From positions 384,001 to 448,000 of the forward strand of contig OZ244070.1 in NCBI GenBank assembly GCA_965215605.1: DNA of 64,000 bases, given 5' to 3'. This document shows positions 1-10,083 of the stretch, piece by piece. Below the pieces are notes generated by a model. That model saw nothing but the letters and a program-made list of their open reading frames with translations, ran no database searches and was not told where the DNA came from. Made by a program: the position numbers and the translations under genes. Each line of letters begins with the position of its first letter. Position 1 is the stretch's first letter. This DNA comes from an uncultured Candidatus Binatia bacterium. GTDB taxonomy: Bacteria; Desulfobacterota; Binatia; UBA9968; JAJDTQ01.

Positions 1-432
1 GACCCCATGATCGTTGTTGCCCATTGGAAACGTGGTTGGGTGGCCGAACTCTTGTCCGGGAACTCGGACGTTGTGTCACCGAAGCACCGCGAGCTGTGTG
101 CTTCCTTCTGGCTGCGCTGTGCCGATCTGGACGGCGGAGACTATGTCTACATCCCGGTATGGACGGTCCACGCCATCGGTGAGCAATGCCGTCTCCGAGA
201 ACTCGTGAACTCGGCCAACACGGCGTTTCGCATGCTCCGTGATCGAGACCAACTCGCTGGCGGTATCGTGTTGGTCTCGCAAGTCGATGCGTCGGGGGAA
301 ACAGGAACTGAACGTGCGGAGTTCGTATTCGGCTGCCAGTTCGGCCCCTATGACAAACTGCTTCCCGACGCGGTGCAGCGTTTGGGCGAGGATATACGCG
401 CCAGGATCGAGGATTCGTTGTGGGCCCGTTGA
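1..432 (+). CDS. Hypothetical protein, probably the C-terminal part of a gene entering from the left
   Basis: Frame is open from base 1; stop overlaps the GTG start of the next 850-aa ORF; no recognisable motif. Confidence 0.6.
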   Translation, partial: DPMIVVAHWKRGWVAELLSGNSDVVSPKHRELCASFWLRCADLDGGDYVYIPVWTVHAIGEQCRLRELVNSANTAFRMLRDRDQLAGGIVLVSQVDASGETGTERAEFVFGCQFGPYDKLLPDAVQRLGEDIRARIEDSLWAR

Positions 433-2972
433 TCGGTATCGATTTGAACGGCATCCGCGACACGCTGGCAAGGTGCGATGGAGCGGGCGAAGCCGACCCG
501 GAATTCATCGACTTGGGGGTTCGCAGCGGCTTCATTCGCCTGCAGTCAGGTGATGACGGGGTGTGGCTCGGGGGCGAGCAGACAGAGTTGGCCCCGCATG
601 GCCGCGGCCCTGGATGGGGACCCATCGGTGTCGCCGAGAGTCGTATGGACTGTCTGGACATCCTACAAGAGATCCAGGACGGCAACCCCCGTGATGCGAC
701 ACGCCAGGCATTGGGGTCCGCACTGCCTAGCCTCTTGGGTAAGACCGACTCGGCGGTCTTTGCGGTTCCCGACGCCCCCACGTATGACGAGGCCTTCCGC
801 GACCGGTTTCTGGGTTTGCTCAAACGAGTGGACGGACTCCGCCCCCTCCTGCTCTGGCGACCTGTCGCCGCGCTTCTGGGCTGGATGGATACGGAACCGC
901 CGGACGCTCGTCCCGGTTGTCGTGTCGCCATACTTTCACTTATGGCGGACGGGATTCACCTGTCCGCGTTGTCGCTCAAGCGAGAACGCCATGGCGGCGT
1001 CTCGCTGCTGGTGCCGCAACGAAGCGAGTGCGGGCGGATGGTCGGCGCATCGTTCCGAGGCCGAGCCCTACTGGAGGCGGCTCAGGGCCAACTTGCAGGG
1101 GCGTCCGGCGTGGCCGCACCGGAGGTGAAGGCTGCTGCGCTGTCGCCTTGGCGATTCGCAGCAGGGACGAAACCGCAGCCGGAGATTGCGCGACTCTCGG
1201 GCAACCGGGGTTGGCGGAAGCTACCGCCACTCGACTACGGTTGCCCGCGACCGAACGAAATAGACCTGAGCGAAGGCTTCCTGAAAGGGCTTCGCACGGC
1301 TGACATCTTGTTGGTCGAAGGACCGTTGGCGGGCAACGCAGCTTGGCGCGATGGGGTGTTGAAGGCGTTGAACGCACAGCCGCCGGACGTGACCCTCTGC
1401 CGCAACGCTGTCGCGCGTGGTTGCTTGGCGGCGGCGATTCGCCGCCAGCTCGGCCAACCCATCTATTTCGATTTTCTGCCTCAGCTTCAGATCAACGCCT
1501 TGGTGGGGAGAAATCCGGAGTTCGTGGACCTGATCTCGCGCGGGGCGCGTTGTCAGGGCGGCGAATCGTTCCGCGCCAGTGCGCCTGGCGAGTATGCCGT
1601 CGCCAAGGGCGCCGACGAACTCACCCTTTGGCTGTTCAAGGAGGATTTCGTGCGCGGGCGCAAGGCTTGTGTCAGGCTGCCGACCGTGGCGGATCGGTGG
1701 TATCGCCTGTCGGTGTCTGTCGAGCAGATTCCTGGGCAGGGTTTCGCCGAGGTACGCATTTCCTCGCCCGAGTTCAGCAGTCTCCGGCAGTCCCCCATCA
1801 CGCTCGACTGGGAAGCCATGGAGGAAACGGATCAGCCCCGCGAGGAGATCCTGAGGCAGTTAACGGACCAACACCAAGCTCCACTTGCATGGCCCGAAAC
1901 AGCGGTGAATCCAGGGCACCCGGACTTGTGGCAGAAAGGACATCCTCGAGGCGATCTCGTCGCTCAACTCAGAGCCTATCGTGGCGCCCGGCTACTGTGG
2001 CATGGCAGGATCAACTCGAATACCCGGTCGAAGCTAAAGGTTCTGCTCGAACGGTTCAGGCAGCCGTACACGCCATCTTTCTGGGAGCGAAAGGCGGGTC
2101 TTGAGGGCGGCCAACGGGAAACCTTCCGCGCCCTCCGCAGCGACGGACGCCTTCCCAACCCGATTGGCGCTCATCCCATGCCGGCGAGCGCAGCCGAGGA
2201 ACTCGACCGTACGCTTGAGAAACTGGAGAACGACCTTGCCGCGCTAAAAGGCTACTTTGGCCAGCAGATCGAGTCGAGAGTCCTGGGTGAGGTCCTGGGC
2301 TTCGCCAGTTGGTGTTTCTGGCGTTGCCCACCCAGCATTGCCGATGTGTTCCTGGGAACCTACGAAGGCCGTTACTCCTACGACATCAACGCCACGCTCT
2401 TGTGCGAAGGCGTGGCGCGCGTTGTCGAGGGAGAGAACCAGTTGAGACGGTATTTCGCGGGGTTGGAACAGCGACTCAGACGCAGGAAACGGATGATATC
2501 GCCGGACCGCGCGGGCTTGGCCCGGGTTCTGGGCACTTCGGACAAGGCGGCTGTCAACCTCAACCCCTCGCTCGCTGAGCATATCGTGGAAGCGACCGTG
2601 GAGACTTTGCAGGATGAGAACAGGAGGGCGCCCGCAAGATGTTACAAAATACGGTTCAAGACTGCGCTACGGATGCTGGCGGCGCTGCTACGGCACCGCG
2701 AGGCGCGCCCGAGTTTCCTCGACCCGGATCACGACCCGGCCACAGGACGGCTTCTGGCCGCGCTGGACACGGCCGGGGAACGCAACGTTGACCTCGCTGC
2801 CCACATCGAACAGTCGGCCTCCCTTTACCACGGAACGACTCGTGCGTTATCGCGTGGGGCCAAGCGCTTCCACGCCAACGCCGAAATAATCGGCGACCTG
2901 AAAGGCTTCATCCGTCGCGAAGGCGGCAACCCCAACATCATACAACGCATCGACATGCTCGACGACGAGTGA
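420..2972 (+). CDS. Large hypothetical protein with degenerate Hsp70/actin-like ATPase N-terminal domain
   Basis: 850-aa ORF; IGIDLNG, AVFAVPD, LLWRPVAALLGW, ILLVEG and AVARGCLAAA occur in the same order as DnaK motifs IGIDLG, AVITVPA, IINEPTAAALAY, VLLVGG, AVALGAAIQA. Confidence 0.7.
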   Translation: MGPLIGIDLNGIRDTLARCDGAGEADPEFIDLGVRSGFIRLQSGDDGVWLGGEQTELAPHGRGPGWGPIGVAESRMDCLDILQEIQDGNPRDATRQALGSALPSLLGKTDSAVFAVPDAPTYDEAFRDRFLGLLKRVDGLRPLLLWRPVAALLGWMDTEPPDARPGCRVAILSLMADGIHLSALSLKRERHGGVSLLVPQRSECGRMVGASFRGRALLEAAQGQLAGASGVAAPEVKAAALSPWRFAAGTKPQPEIARLSGNRGWRKLPPLDYGCPRPNEIDLSEGFLKGLRTADILLVEGPLAGNAAWRDGVLKALNAQPPDVTLCRNAVARGCLAAAIRRQLGQPIYFDFLPQLQINALVGRNPEFVDLISRGARCQGGESFRASAPGEYAVAKGADELTLWLFKEDFVRGRKACVRLPTVADRWYRLSVSVEQIPGQGFAEVRISSPEFSSLRQSPITLDWEAMEETDQPREEILRQLTDQHQAPLAWPETAVNPGHPDLWQKGHPRGDLVAQLRAYRGARLLWHGRINSNTRSKLKVLLERFRQPYTPSFWERKAGLEGGQRETFRALRSDGRLPNPIGAHPMPASAAEELDRTLEKLENDLAALKGYFGQQIESRVLGEVLGFASWCFWRCPPSIADVFLGTYEGRYSYDINATLLCEGVARVVEGENQLRRYFAGLEQRLRRRKRMISPDRAGLARVLGTSDKAAVNLNPSLAEHIVEATVETLQDENRRAPARCYKIRFKTALRMLAALLRHREARPSFLDPDHDPATGRLLAALDTAGERNVDLAAHIEQSASLYHGTTRALSRGAKRFHANAEIIGDLKGFIRREGGNPNIIQRIDMLDDE

Positions 2973-3011
2973 CGGTCCTTGATGCCGTTCAGTTCAGCGT
3001 CTCGTACCGAT

Positions 3012-3227
3012 TCACTGTGATGGGCCAGGACTCACGCGACCCGCCGCTGACAACCGTTCCTTGAGGGACTTGAATCCAGACTCGTTCAGGCCGGTCGCTT
3101 CCTCGATCACGTCCCAACTCACGCCGGCGCGCAAAAAGCCTTCGACGGTTTTCAACTGTCCGAGCCGTTCGCCTTCGACCCGGCCCTTTGCTTCGCCCTC
3201 CGCCAGAAGTTGCTGAGCGTATGACAT
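3012..3227 (-). CDS. Putative nested small RpnS antitoxin ORF (71 aa, MSYAQQLLAEG...)
   Basis: GGAGGA (3234-3239, minus strand) 6 nt before an in-frame ATG at 3227. Confidence 0.6.
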   Translation of the reverse strand: MSYAQQLLAEGEAKGRVEGERLGQLKTVEGFLRAGVSWDVIEEATGLNESGFKSLKERLSAAGRVSPGPSQ

Positions 3228-3842
3228 GATCATTCCTCCCTGCTCGTGTCCGTGTCGCCGCAGCGCATCGTCAAATGCCTCGGTGCCTGCGGTGTCCTGA
3301 GTCGCCATGACGTACAACACGAACAGTTCAAAGTAATCGATCTCTCTCTGCAAACGCAACTGGCGCAACAACTGTGCCGCCATGTCCATCGCCAACGCCA
3401 CGTGTCGCCCATACGCGGCCATCATCAACCACTGCGCGACCCGGCCCCTTGCTGCCCCTTCCACCTCGTCGGGTTTGAGATTGGTCTGGTCCAGCAGCAG
3501 ATGGGCGAACCGGGGAACCCACGGCCACTCCCGCGCCACCTCGGGGAACAGGTCCGCGAACTGGGTGGAATGCGTCCATCCGTCGCGGCCTTGGTAGAAG
3601 ACCATGGGCACGATGGGGCGAAACCAGGATGGTCCGGCGCCGTCCTGTACTCCGGTGTCCCAGTGGCTTTGTCTCAGGTTTTCGTCCACGAAGCTCCCGT
3701 CCAGGAGCTTGAGGCTGGTCCAATCCACGCGCTCCTGGAGAGCACCGGGCAACGCCGTGCGCAACAAGCCGACAGCCTCTCCTACGTCAGAGAACACCTT
3801 GCGAAACAGGCCGTCATGAGGGTGATCGACTTCATTTGCCAA
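3012..3842 (-). pseudogene. Rpn/YhgA-like recombination-promoting nuclease with in-frame deletion of the catalytic region
   Basis: HPHDGLFRKVFS, SFVDENLR, PIVPMVFYQG and C-terminal EGEAKG..EG/IEEATGL typical of Rpn; the SDLL...FEHQS segment is absent at about 3662. Confidence 0.8.
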
Positions 3843-3897
3843 GGTTTCTTCCTCCCGCTACTGTCCTGTTCGGCAGTGTCGGGAGGAACTTTAGCTT

Positions 3898-4347
3898 TTA
3901 CGTCAGATTCGCCAGGATCTCCTCGTCGGCTGCGGTGAGATCCACGGGCTTGCGGAACGGCTGCGGCCAGTCGATGCCGGTGGGCCAGTACACTTCGACC
4001 GTGTTGCCGTCGGGATCGTGGAAGTAGATGCCGATGGCGTTGCCGTGGCTGGCAACGCGCTCGATGGGGACGCCGCGCTCGAGGAAATCGCGGTGGAACG
4101 CCTTTAACTCGGCCAGGCTTTCGCACCGGAAGGATATCTGCTGGATCAGGTTCCCGCCGTCTTCCCGGCCCGGGCGCAACTGCAGCTCGTGGTGTTCCTG
4201 GTGGCGTTCCTGGGCGGTCATGAAGACCGTGCCGGTGTCGCTTTCGTCGCTGACGGTCAGGCCCAGCACGTCACGGTAGAAGGCCTTGGACCGCTCGATG
4301 TCGTGGACCGTCAGGCCTATATGGCCCAGTGAAGAGACTTTCGGCAT
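3898..4347 (-). CDS. VOC (glyoxalase/extradiol dioxygenase fold) family protein
   Basis: LGHIGLTVHDIERSKAFYRDVLGL and IYFHDPDGNTVEVY motifs; GAGGA RBS. Confidence 0.9.
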   Translation of the reverse strand: MPKVSSLGHIGLTVHDIERSKAFYRDVLGLTVSDESDTGTVFMTAQERHQEHHELQLRPGREDGGNLIQQISFRCESLAELKAFHRDFLERGVPIERVASHGNAIGIYFHDPDGNTVEVYWPTGIDWPQPFRKPVDLTAADEEILANLT

Positions 4348-4391
4348 GATGGGTTTCCTCTTGTGGGCTTCCTCTCCCCCGGCTGCTCTCC

Positions 4392-5420
4392 TCAACCGTT
4401 GTAGAAGCGCTCGGCGTTGGCGTACAGCACCTTGTGTTTCTGCGTGTCCGAGAGGTCCTCGCGGGCGTTCAACTCGTCGATGTCGCCGTAGAACTCCCCC
4501 TTGTGGCGCTCGTGGGGATAGTCCGAGGCGAAGAGGATCCGGTCCTCGCCCACGAGCTGCAGCGCGGTGGGCAGGGTCTTCTCTTCCACCTCGCAACTGA
4601 AGTAGATGTTGCCGTCGCGCACATAGTCGCTGGGGCGCTTGGTCAGCACCGGGCACCACCGCCTTCTTCGCTCGTAGTTCTCGTCCATGCGGTCCATCAT
4701 GTAGGGGGCCCAGCCGGCGCCCGCCTCCAGGAAGGCGAAGCGCAGGTCGGGAAAACGCTCGAACACGCCCTCGGTCATCATGTCGGTGAACTGGATGAGC
4801 TGGGACAACGGGTGCTCCAGCGTGTGGGTCTTGAAGAGGTTGTCGGAGTTGTCGATGCCGATGCGCTGACTCACGGCGCCGTGAATGGCCAAGCAGCAGC
4901 CGAGGCGCTGGGCTTCCTCGTAGAGGGGGTCGAAGTCGCGGTGGCCGTAGTGCTTGCCGGCGGCGGTGACCGACGGAAGCATGGCGCCGGGCATGCCCAG
5001 CTCGGTCACCACGGCGCGTAGCTCGGTGACCGCTTCCGGTATGTTCTGGGCCGGGATCAGCGCCACCGCGCGCAGGCGGTCGCTGGCCTGCATGAACTTC
5101 GCGTGCACCCAGCGGTTGTAGGCGCGGGCGATGGCCGCGGCGTAGTCCCGGTCCTGGATCATGCCGCTGGCCAAGCCCACCGACGGATACAGGTAGGAGG
5201 TCTCGATGCCGCAGCGGTCGAGAAACTCCACCCAACGCTCGGCGTTGGGATCGTCGTCTTCGGTGAGACGCGAGAAGCCCCGGACGAAACCGTCCACGCT
5301 GGGGAACAACGAGTAAACCGTCCAGGGCAGTTGATTGTAGGGCGGGTCGAAGAACTCCTTGATCTCTCCGGGATGCTCCATCACGTGGCCGTCCGCATCG
5401 ACGGCGCGGTAGTTGCTCAT
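4392..5420 (-). CDS. Amidohydrolase_2 family protein
   Basis: VDADGHVME, LAIHG, FLEAGAGW, LFASDYPH motifs. Confidence 0.92.
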   Translation of the reverse strand: MSNYRAVDADGHVMEHPGEIKEFFDPPYNQLPWTVYSLFPSVDGFVRGFSRLTEDDDPNAERWVEFLDRCGIETSYLYPSVGLASGMIQDRDYAAAIARAYNRWVHAKFMQASDRLRAVALIPAQNIPEAVTELRAVVTELGMPGAMLPSVTAAGKHYGHRDFDPLYEEAQRLGCCLAIHGAVSQRIGIDNSDNLFKTHTLEHPLSQLIQFTDMMTEGVFERFPDLRFAFLEAGAGWAPYMMDRMDENYERRRRWCPVLTKRPSDYVRDGNIYFSCEVEEKTLPTALQLVGEDRILFASDYPHERHKGEFYGDIDELNAREDLSDTQKHKVLYANAERFYNG

Positions 5421-5544
5421 CTTCCCTCGTCTCCTTCCGTAAACACTGCCGCTTGGGGCTTTCGTTCATCGTAGTACCCCGTCCTTACCTTGACAAGGTC
5501 TAGCTCATGTGGCCATCTAGCAGCCACCAAAGGAGGTTTCTTAC

Positions 5545-6798
5545 ATGGCACCACAGTACGCATCCAAGCTCATCTACGGCAACGAGGTATCGGACTGGCA
5601 GGAGCGGCTGAACACGGACCGCATGCGCCGGGAGCGGGCCGAGCGCGCCAAGCGGATCATGCGCGAGCATGGGATCCCGGCGCTCCTGGAAGCCAACTCG
5701 GCCAACATCCGCTACCTCACCGGCCTCAAGGGCTTCAACTACCCCATGTGCCGCTACACCCTCTTTTTCGCCGACCACGACCCGATCATGTACGAGCACA
5801 GCGGCCACTTCCACCAGATGCCGGACCAGGCGCCCTGGATCACCGAGTGGCGGCCGGCACGGGCCTGGCTCACCGCCGCCTGCGGCATCGAGGCGGCCAA
5901 GGACGAGGCCCGGCAGTTCGCCGCCGACATTCACGACGAGCTCAAGAGCCGGGGGCTGCTGAACGAGAAGATTGGCTTCAGCGCCTTCGACGGCATCGCG
6001 CGCGAGGCGCTCACCAACGCCGGGGTCAAGAACCTGGTGGACTTCAGCCTGGTGATGAAGGAGATCCGCAAGATCAAGACGGCCGACGAGATCGATTGCC
6101 TCAAGACCGCCGCGGCCATCGTGGAAGGCGTCTGGTACAGCATCTGGGAGGCCGCCAAGCCCGGGGTGCGGGACACCGAGCTCTCGGGCATCGCCACCAA
6201 GGCCGGCTATGACATGGGCGCGGAGTCGGCTCCGCCCGGAGGCTGGCGCTCGGGACCCAGCACCTTCGACCGCGGCTTCCATCAGTCCAGCCGGCTGCTG
6301 CAGACCGGCGACCTCCTGTACGGCTCGCTCTGCGGCCTGACCTATCAGGGATACGCCACCTGCACCTACCGGACCTTCATCGTCGGCCGGAAGCCCAACG
6401 CCCAGGAACTGGACTGGTACAAGCGGGTCAAGGACAGCATCGACGGCGTCATCGACGCCATCAAGCCCGGCGCCACCACGGCCGACGCCGCCAAGCACTT
6501 TCCGCCGGCGTCGAGCTGGGGCTACGACGAGGAGTGCGAGGTGCTGGCCAGCGAGATCGGGCACGGCATCGGCCTCACCCAGGGAAGCACCAACTACGAT
6601 ATCCCCATCATCAACCGGCAGTGGTCCCTCAACTACCCGCAGGTGTTCGAGGAGGGCATGACCATTGCCATCGAGAGCCGCGAGGGCGAGACCCGCGTGG
6701 GCGGCGTGCGGCTGGAGAACATGGTGGTGGTGACCAAGGACGGCGCGGAGATCATGGACCACTTCCCGCGGGCAGAGATTCTGGTGGCGCCGCGCTAG
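5545..6798 (+). CDS. M24 (Xaa-Pro peptidase/creatinase) family protein
   Basis: NIRYLTG, IRKIKTADEI, IGHGIGL, GVRLENMVVVT; AGGAGG RBS. Confidence 0.88.
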   Translation: MAPQYASKLIYGNEVSDWQERLNTDRMRRERAERAKRIMREHGIPALLEANSANIRYLTGLKGFNYPMCRYTLFFADHDPIMYEHSGHFHQMPDQAPWITEWRPARAWLTAACGIEAAKDEARQFAADIHDELKSRGLLNEKIGFSAFDGIAREALTNAGVKNLVDFSLVMKEIRKIKTADEIDCLKTAAAIVEGVWYSIWEAAKPGVRDTELSGIATKAGYDMGAESAPPGGWRSGPSTFDRGFHQSSRLLQTGDLLYGSLCGLTYQGYATCTYRTFIVGRKPNAQELDWYKRVKDSIDGVIDAIKPGATTADAAKHFPPASSWGYDEECEVLASEIGHGIGLTQGSTNYDIPIINRQWSLNYPQVFEEGMTIAIESREGETRVGGVRLENMVVVTKDGAEIMDHFPRAEILVAPR

Positions 6799-6838
6799 GG
6801 AACGTCCTTCGATCCGGCATTCACGAAAGGAGAAAGCC

Positions 6839-7915
6839 GTGGGTGATTCACTTCGCTATTACGTGGCGTTCAACGGCGGGCTCACCGTATACGAGGACCG
6901 CGGCGGTGGGCTGGAGGCGTGCGCCGAGCATTTTCCCGGACAGACCGTGGACGGCCTGGCCGGCTCAAAGATCCGGCCCGAGCGCGTCTTTGCCGCCGTC
7001 CCCTTCGACGGCGCCTACCGCACCGACGACGCGGGCAAGAGCTGGAAGAGGGTCATCGAAGGCGACGCCCGCTGCTTCGCGGTGGACCCCCACGACGACC
7101 GCGTGGTGTATGCCGGACTCGGTCCGGTGCAGCTCATGCGCAGCGAGGACAGCGGCGACACCTGGGAGAATCTGGAGAGCCTGCAGCAGATGCCCGAGGA
7201 TGTGCAGAACCAGTGGTGCGTTCCGGGACCGTACGTCGGTATACAGTTCCCGCACGTCTGCAACATCTTCATCCATCCGGACGACGCCAACCTCCTGCTG
7301 CTGACGCTGGAGCACGGCGGGGTCGTGCGCAGCGAGGACCGGGGCAAGACCTGGGAGGACGCCAGCGCCGGCATCGACTATCTCGACATGCACCATATCT
7401 ACAACTACCCGGGCAGCAAGGACCGCTACTACGTGTCGTGCGCCCGGGGTTTCTTCCGTAGCGACGACCGCGGACGCCAGTGGCGCAGGGTCGAGGACGG
7501 CATGCCGTGGGGCTACACCGAGAAGTACAGCTACACCCACGACTGGTTCTTTCTACCGGGCGACAATCCGCGGATGATGGTGTGCGGCGGGCGCGGCTCC
7601 CCCGGAGTCTGGCGCGGCGAGAGCACCAACCCCCACGGCGTGATCATGCTGAGCGATGACGAGGGCGGAACCTGGCGCACCGCCACCAACGGCCTGGCCG
7701 AGATGATGCCGTACATGCCCTGGACCCTGCAGCGCCACCCCGAAGATCCGAACACGGTTTTCGCCGCCATGGGCGATGGCTCCCGCGGCTTCGGGTTCGA
7801 TCCCAAGGACCGGGGCATGGGCGCCGTGTACGTGACCCGTGACCGCGGCGACTCCTGGGAGCCGGTGCTGCCGGAGCTGCCGTCCGTGCTGACCACCTGC
7901 GTGACGCCGCAGTAG
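6839..7915 (+). CDS. BNR/Asp-box repeat beta-propeller protein
   Basis: Repeated (S/T)xDxGxxW boxes (TDDAGKSW, SEDSGDTW, SEDRGKTW, SDDRGRQW, SDDEGGTW, TRDRGDSW). Confidence 0.85.
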   Translation: MGDSLRYYVAFNGGLTVYEDRGGGLEACAEHFPGQTVDGLAGSKIRPERVFAAVPFDGAYRTDDAGKSWKRVIEGDARCFAVDPHDDRVVYAGLGPVQLMRSEDSGDTWENLESLQQMPEDVQNQWCVPGPYVGIQFPHVCNIFIHPDDANLLLLTLEHGGVVRSEDRGKTWEDASAGIDYLDMHHIYNYPGSKDRYYVSCARGFFRSDDRGRQWRRVEDGMPWGYTEKYSYTHDWFFLPGDNPRMMVCGGRGSPGVWRGESTNPHGVIMLSDDEGGTWRTATNGLAEMMPYMPWTLQRHPEDPNTVFAAMGDGSRGFGFDPKDRGMGAVYVTRDRGDSWEPVLPELPSVLTTCVTPQ

Positions 7916-8024
7916 CCAAGCCGGGCAATCCCGGCCTCGTCACCCCGGGCTCCGGGTCGTCAAGGCCGGACCGCCCTCGACGGCGCGCGCTACATCGCCC
8001 GCACGACGCTCATAGACGCACACA

Positions 8025-9035
8025 ATGAAGAAACTCCAACTCAGCCTGGTCTCCTCCCGGTACGAACGCATCGCCCCGCTCCTCGACGGCACCGTGCCGG
8101 TGGAGGGGGCGGAGTTGGTGTGGACCCACTCGAACCCTTCGGAGACCTTTTGGCGACAGCTTAAGTTCGGCGAGTTCGACGTTGCCGAGATGTCCATGTC
8201 CTCTCTGCTCATCGCCAAGGCCCGGGGCCACGACATGGTGGCCATTCCGGTGTTCCCCTCCCGGCGCTTCATGCACGGAGCGCTGTACGTCCAAAAGGAT
8301 TCCGGCATCCATGGGCCCGAGGAGTTGGCGGGGAAGCGCATCGGCGTGGGCGAATACCAGCAGACCGCCGCCCTTTGGACTCGCGGCACTTTGGAACACG
8401 ACTTCGGCGTGTCCCAATACGGCGTCGACTGGCACATGGAGCGGAGCGAGGCGTTGAGCCACGGCGGCGCCACCGGGTTTGCCCCGCCGGAAGGCATCCG
8501 CTTCCACCGGATCCCGGAGGACAAGAGCCTGATCTCCATGCTGGTGGGCGGGGAACTCGACACGGCCATGCTGCTGAGCACCTTCCATGCCGAGCCCAAC
8601 GTCATCGACCGCTCCACCGGCGACCGCCGGGAAGGCGACGAGGACCTGGTCCGGCCGCTGTTCCCGGACCTGATGGCAGAAGGCAAGCGCTACGTGGAGG
8701 CCCACGGCTTCGTCCCCATCAACCACTGTTTCGTGATCCGGGGAGATGTGCACGAGAAGCACCCCTGGCTCGCCTTCAACCTGTTCGCCGCCTTCGCCAA
8801 GGCCAAGGAGCACTGGCTCCGGCAACTGCCGCGGGCCGTCCCGTCGGACCTCTTCTTCGGCCCGCAGTACCTGGAACAGACCCGTTCCATCGTGGGGCGG
8901 GACCCCTTTCCCTACGGCATCAAGGACAATGCCGCCATGCTGCAAACGCTCATCGACTACTCCTTCGAACAGCAGCTCACGCCGCGCAAGCTGGCGCTGG
9001 AAGAAGTCTTCGCCCCGAGCACGCTGGACCTGTAA
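8025..9035 (+). CDS. 4,5-dihydroxyphthalate decarboxylase-like (PBP2 fold) protein
   Basis: FDVAEMSMSS, IPVFPSRRF, GKRIGVGEYQQTAALW, DPFPYG. Confidence 0.85.
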   Translation: MKKLQLSLVSSRYERIAPLLDGTVPVEGAELVWTHSNPSETFWRQLKFGEFDVAEMSMSSLLIAKARGHDMVAIPVFPSRRFMHGALYVQKDSGIHGPEELAGKRIGVGEYQQTAALWTRGTLEHDFGVSQYGVDWHMERSEALSHGGATGFAPPEGIRFHRIPEDKSLISMLVGGELDTAMLLSTFHAEPNVIDRSTGDRREGDEDLVRPLFPDLMAEGKRYVEAHGFVPINHCFVIRGDVHEKHPWLAFNLFAAFAKAKEHWLRQLPRAVPSDLFFGPQYLEQTRSIVGRDPFPYGIKDNAAMLQTLIDYSFEQQLTPRKLALEEVFAPSTLDL

Positions 9036-9090
9036 GCGGTCAGGTATTGAACAAGCCTGAAGGGTCTCCCGGAAGCACCAGGATCATCCC

Positions 9091-10083
9091 ATGCAAACCG
9101 CGATTTTCGGCAACACGGGCGAGAAGCTGTCGCGCATCGGGCTCGGCTGTTTCTCCATGTCGGGCGCGTACGGCGCGGCCGACGACGCCGAGTCCATCGC
9201 CACCATTCACCGGGCCATCGACCTCGGGGTTACGCTGCTCGACACCTCCGCCAGCTACGGTCAGGGACACAACCACCGGCTCATCGGCCAGGCGCTGAAG
9301 GGCGGCAAACGCGAAAGGGTCTTCATCCACTCCAAGACCGGCACGGTCCGCGCCCACGACGGCTCGTCGGTGGCCCAGGGCAGCGGCGCGCCGGACCGGC
9401 TGCGCCGGATTTGTGAGACGAGCCTCAAGAATCTCGGCATCGAGACGCTCGATGCGCTGTGCATGTCGCGGGTCGATCCCACCGTGCCCATCGAGGAATC
9501 GGTGGGCGCCATGGTCCGGCTGGTGGAGGAAGGCAAGACCCGCTTCATCGGCCTCTCGGAAGCCGCGCCCGGGACCCTGCGCCGGGCCATGAAGGTCCAT
9601 CCGCTGGTGTCGCTGCAGTACGAGTATTCACTGTGGACCCGCGACGTCGAGAGCGGCCACCTTGCGGCGTGCGGCGAACTGGGCCTCGGGCTGATGGCCT
9701 ATGCGCCGCTCGGTTACGGCTTCCTGGCGGGGACGGTGGGCGGCCGCGACGCGCTGGAAGAAGGCGACACGCGTCACAAGTTTCCACGCTTCTCGGACGA
9801 GAACGCCGCCGCCAACCGGGCGCGCGTGGCGGCCATCCGAAGGGTCGCCGACGCCCACGGCGCGACGCCGGCGCAAGTCTGCATCGCCTGGTTGCTGGCC
9901 CAGGGCGGCAACGTGTTCCCCATCCCCGGCTGCAAGCGGCGCACCCACCTGGAAGAGAACCTCGTGGCCATGGACATCATGTTAACCGCGGAGGACTTCG
10001 CCGTGCTGGATGCGGCGTTTCCGCCGGACGCGGCGGCGGGCGACCGCTATCCGCCCGACGGCATGGCGCGGGTCAATCTCTAG
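9091..10083 (+). CDS. Aldo/keto reductase
   Basis: IGLGC, LLDTSASYG, IGLSE, LQYEYSLW, YAPLG, PIPG motifs. Confidence 0.92.
   Translation: MQTAIFGNTGEKLSRIGLGCFSMSGAYGAADDAESIATIHRAIDLGVTLLDTSASYGQGHNHRLIGQALKGGKRERVFIHSKTGTVRAHDGSSVAQGSGAPDRLRRICETSLKNLGIETLDALCMSRVDPTVPIEESVGAMVRLVEEGKTRFIGLSEAAPGTLRRAMKVHPLVSLQYEYSLWTRDVESGHLAACGELGLGLMAYAPLGYGFLAGTVGGRDALEEGDTRHKFPRFSDENAAANRARVAAIRRVADAHGATPAQVCIAWLLAQGGNVFPIPGCKRRTHLEENLVAMDIMLTAEDFAVLDAAFPPDAAAGDRYPPDGMARVNL

Noticed and set aside
3898-5469. 523-aa ORF as a fusion protein
   Set aside because: Only the last 149 aa are a VOC protein with its own RBS; the rest overlaps the amidohydrolase out of frame
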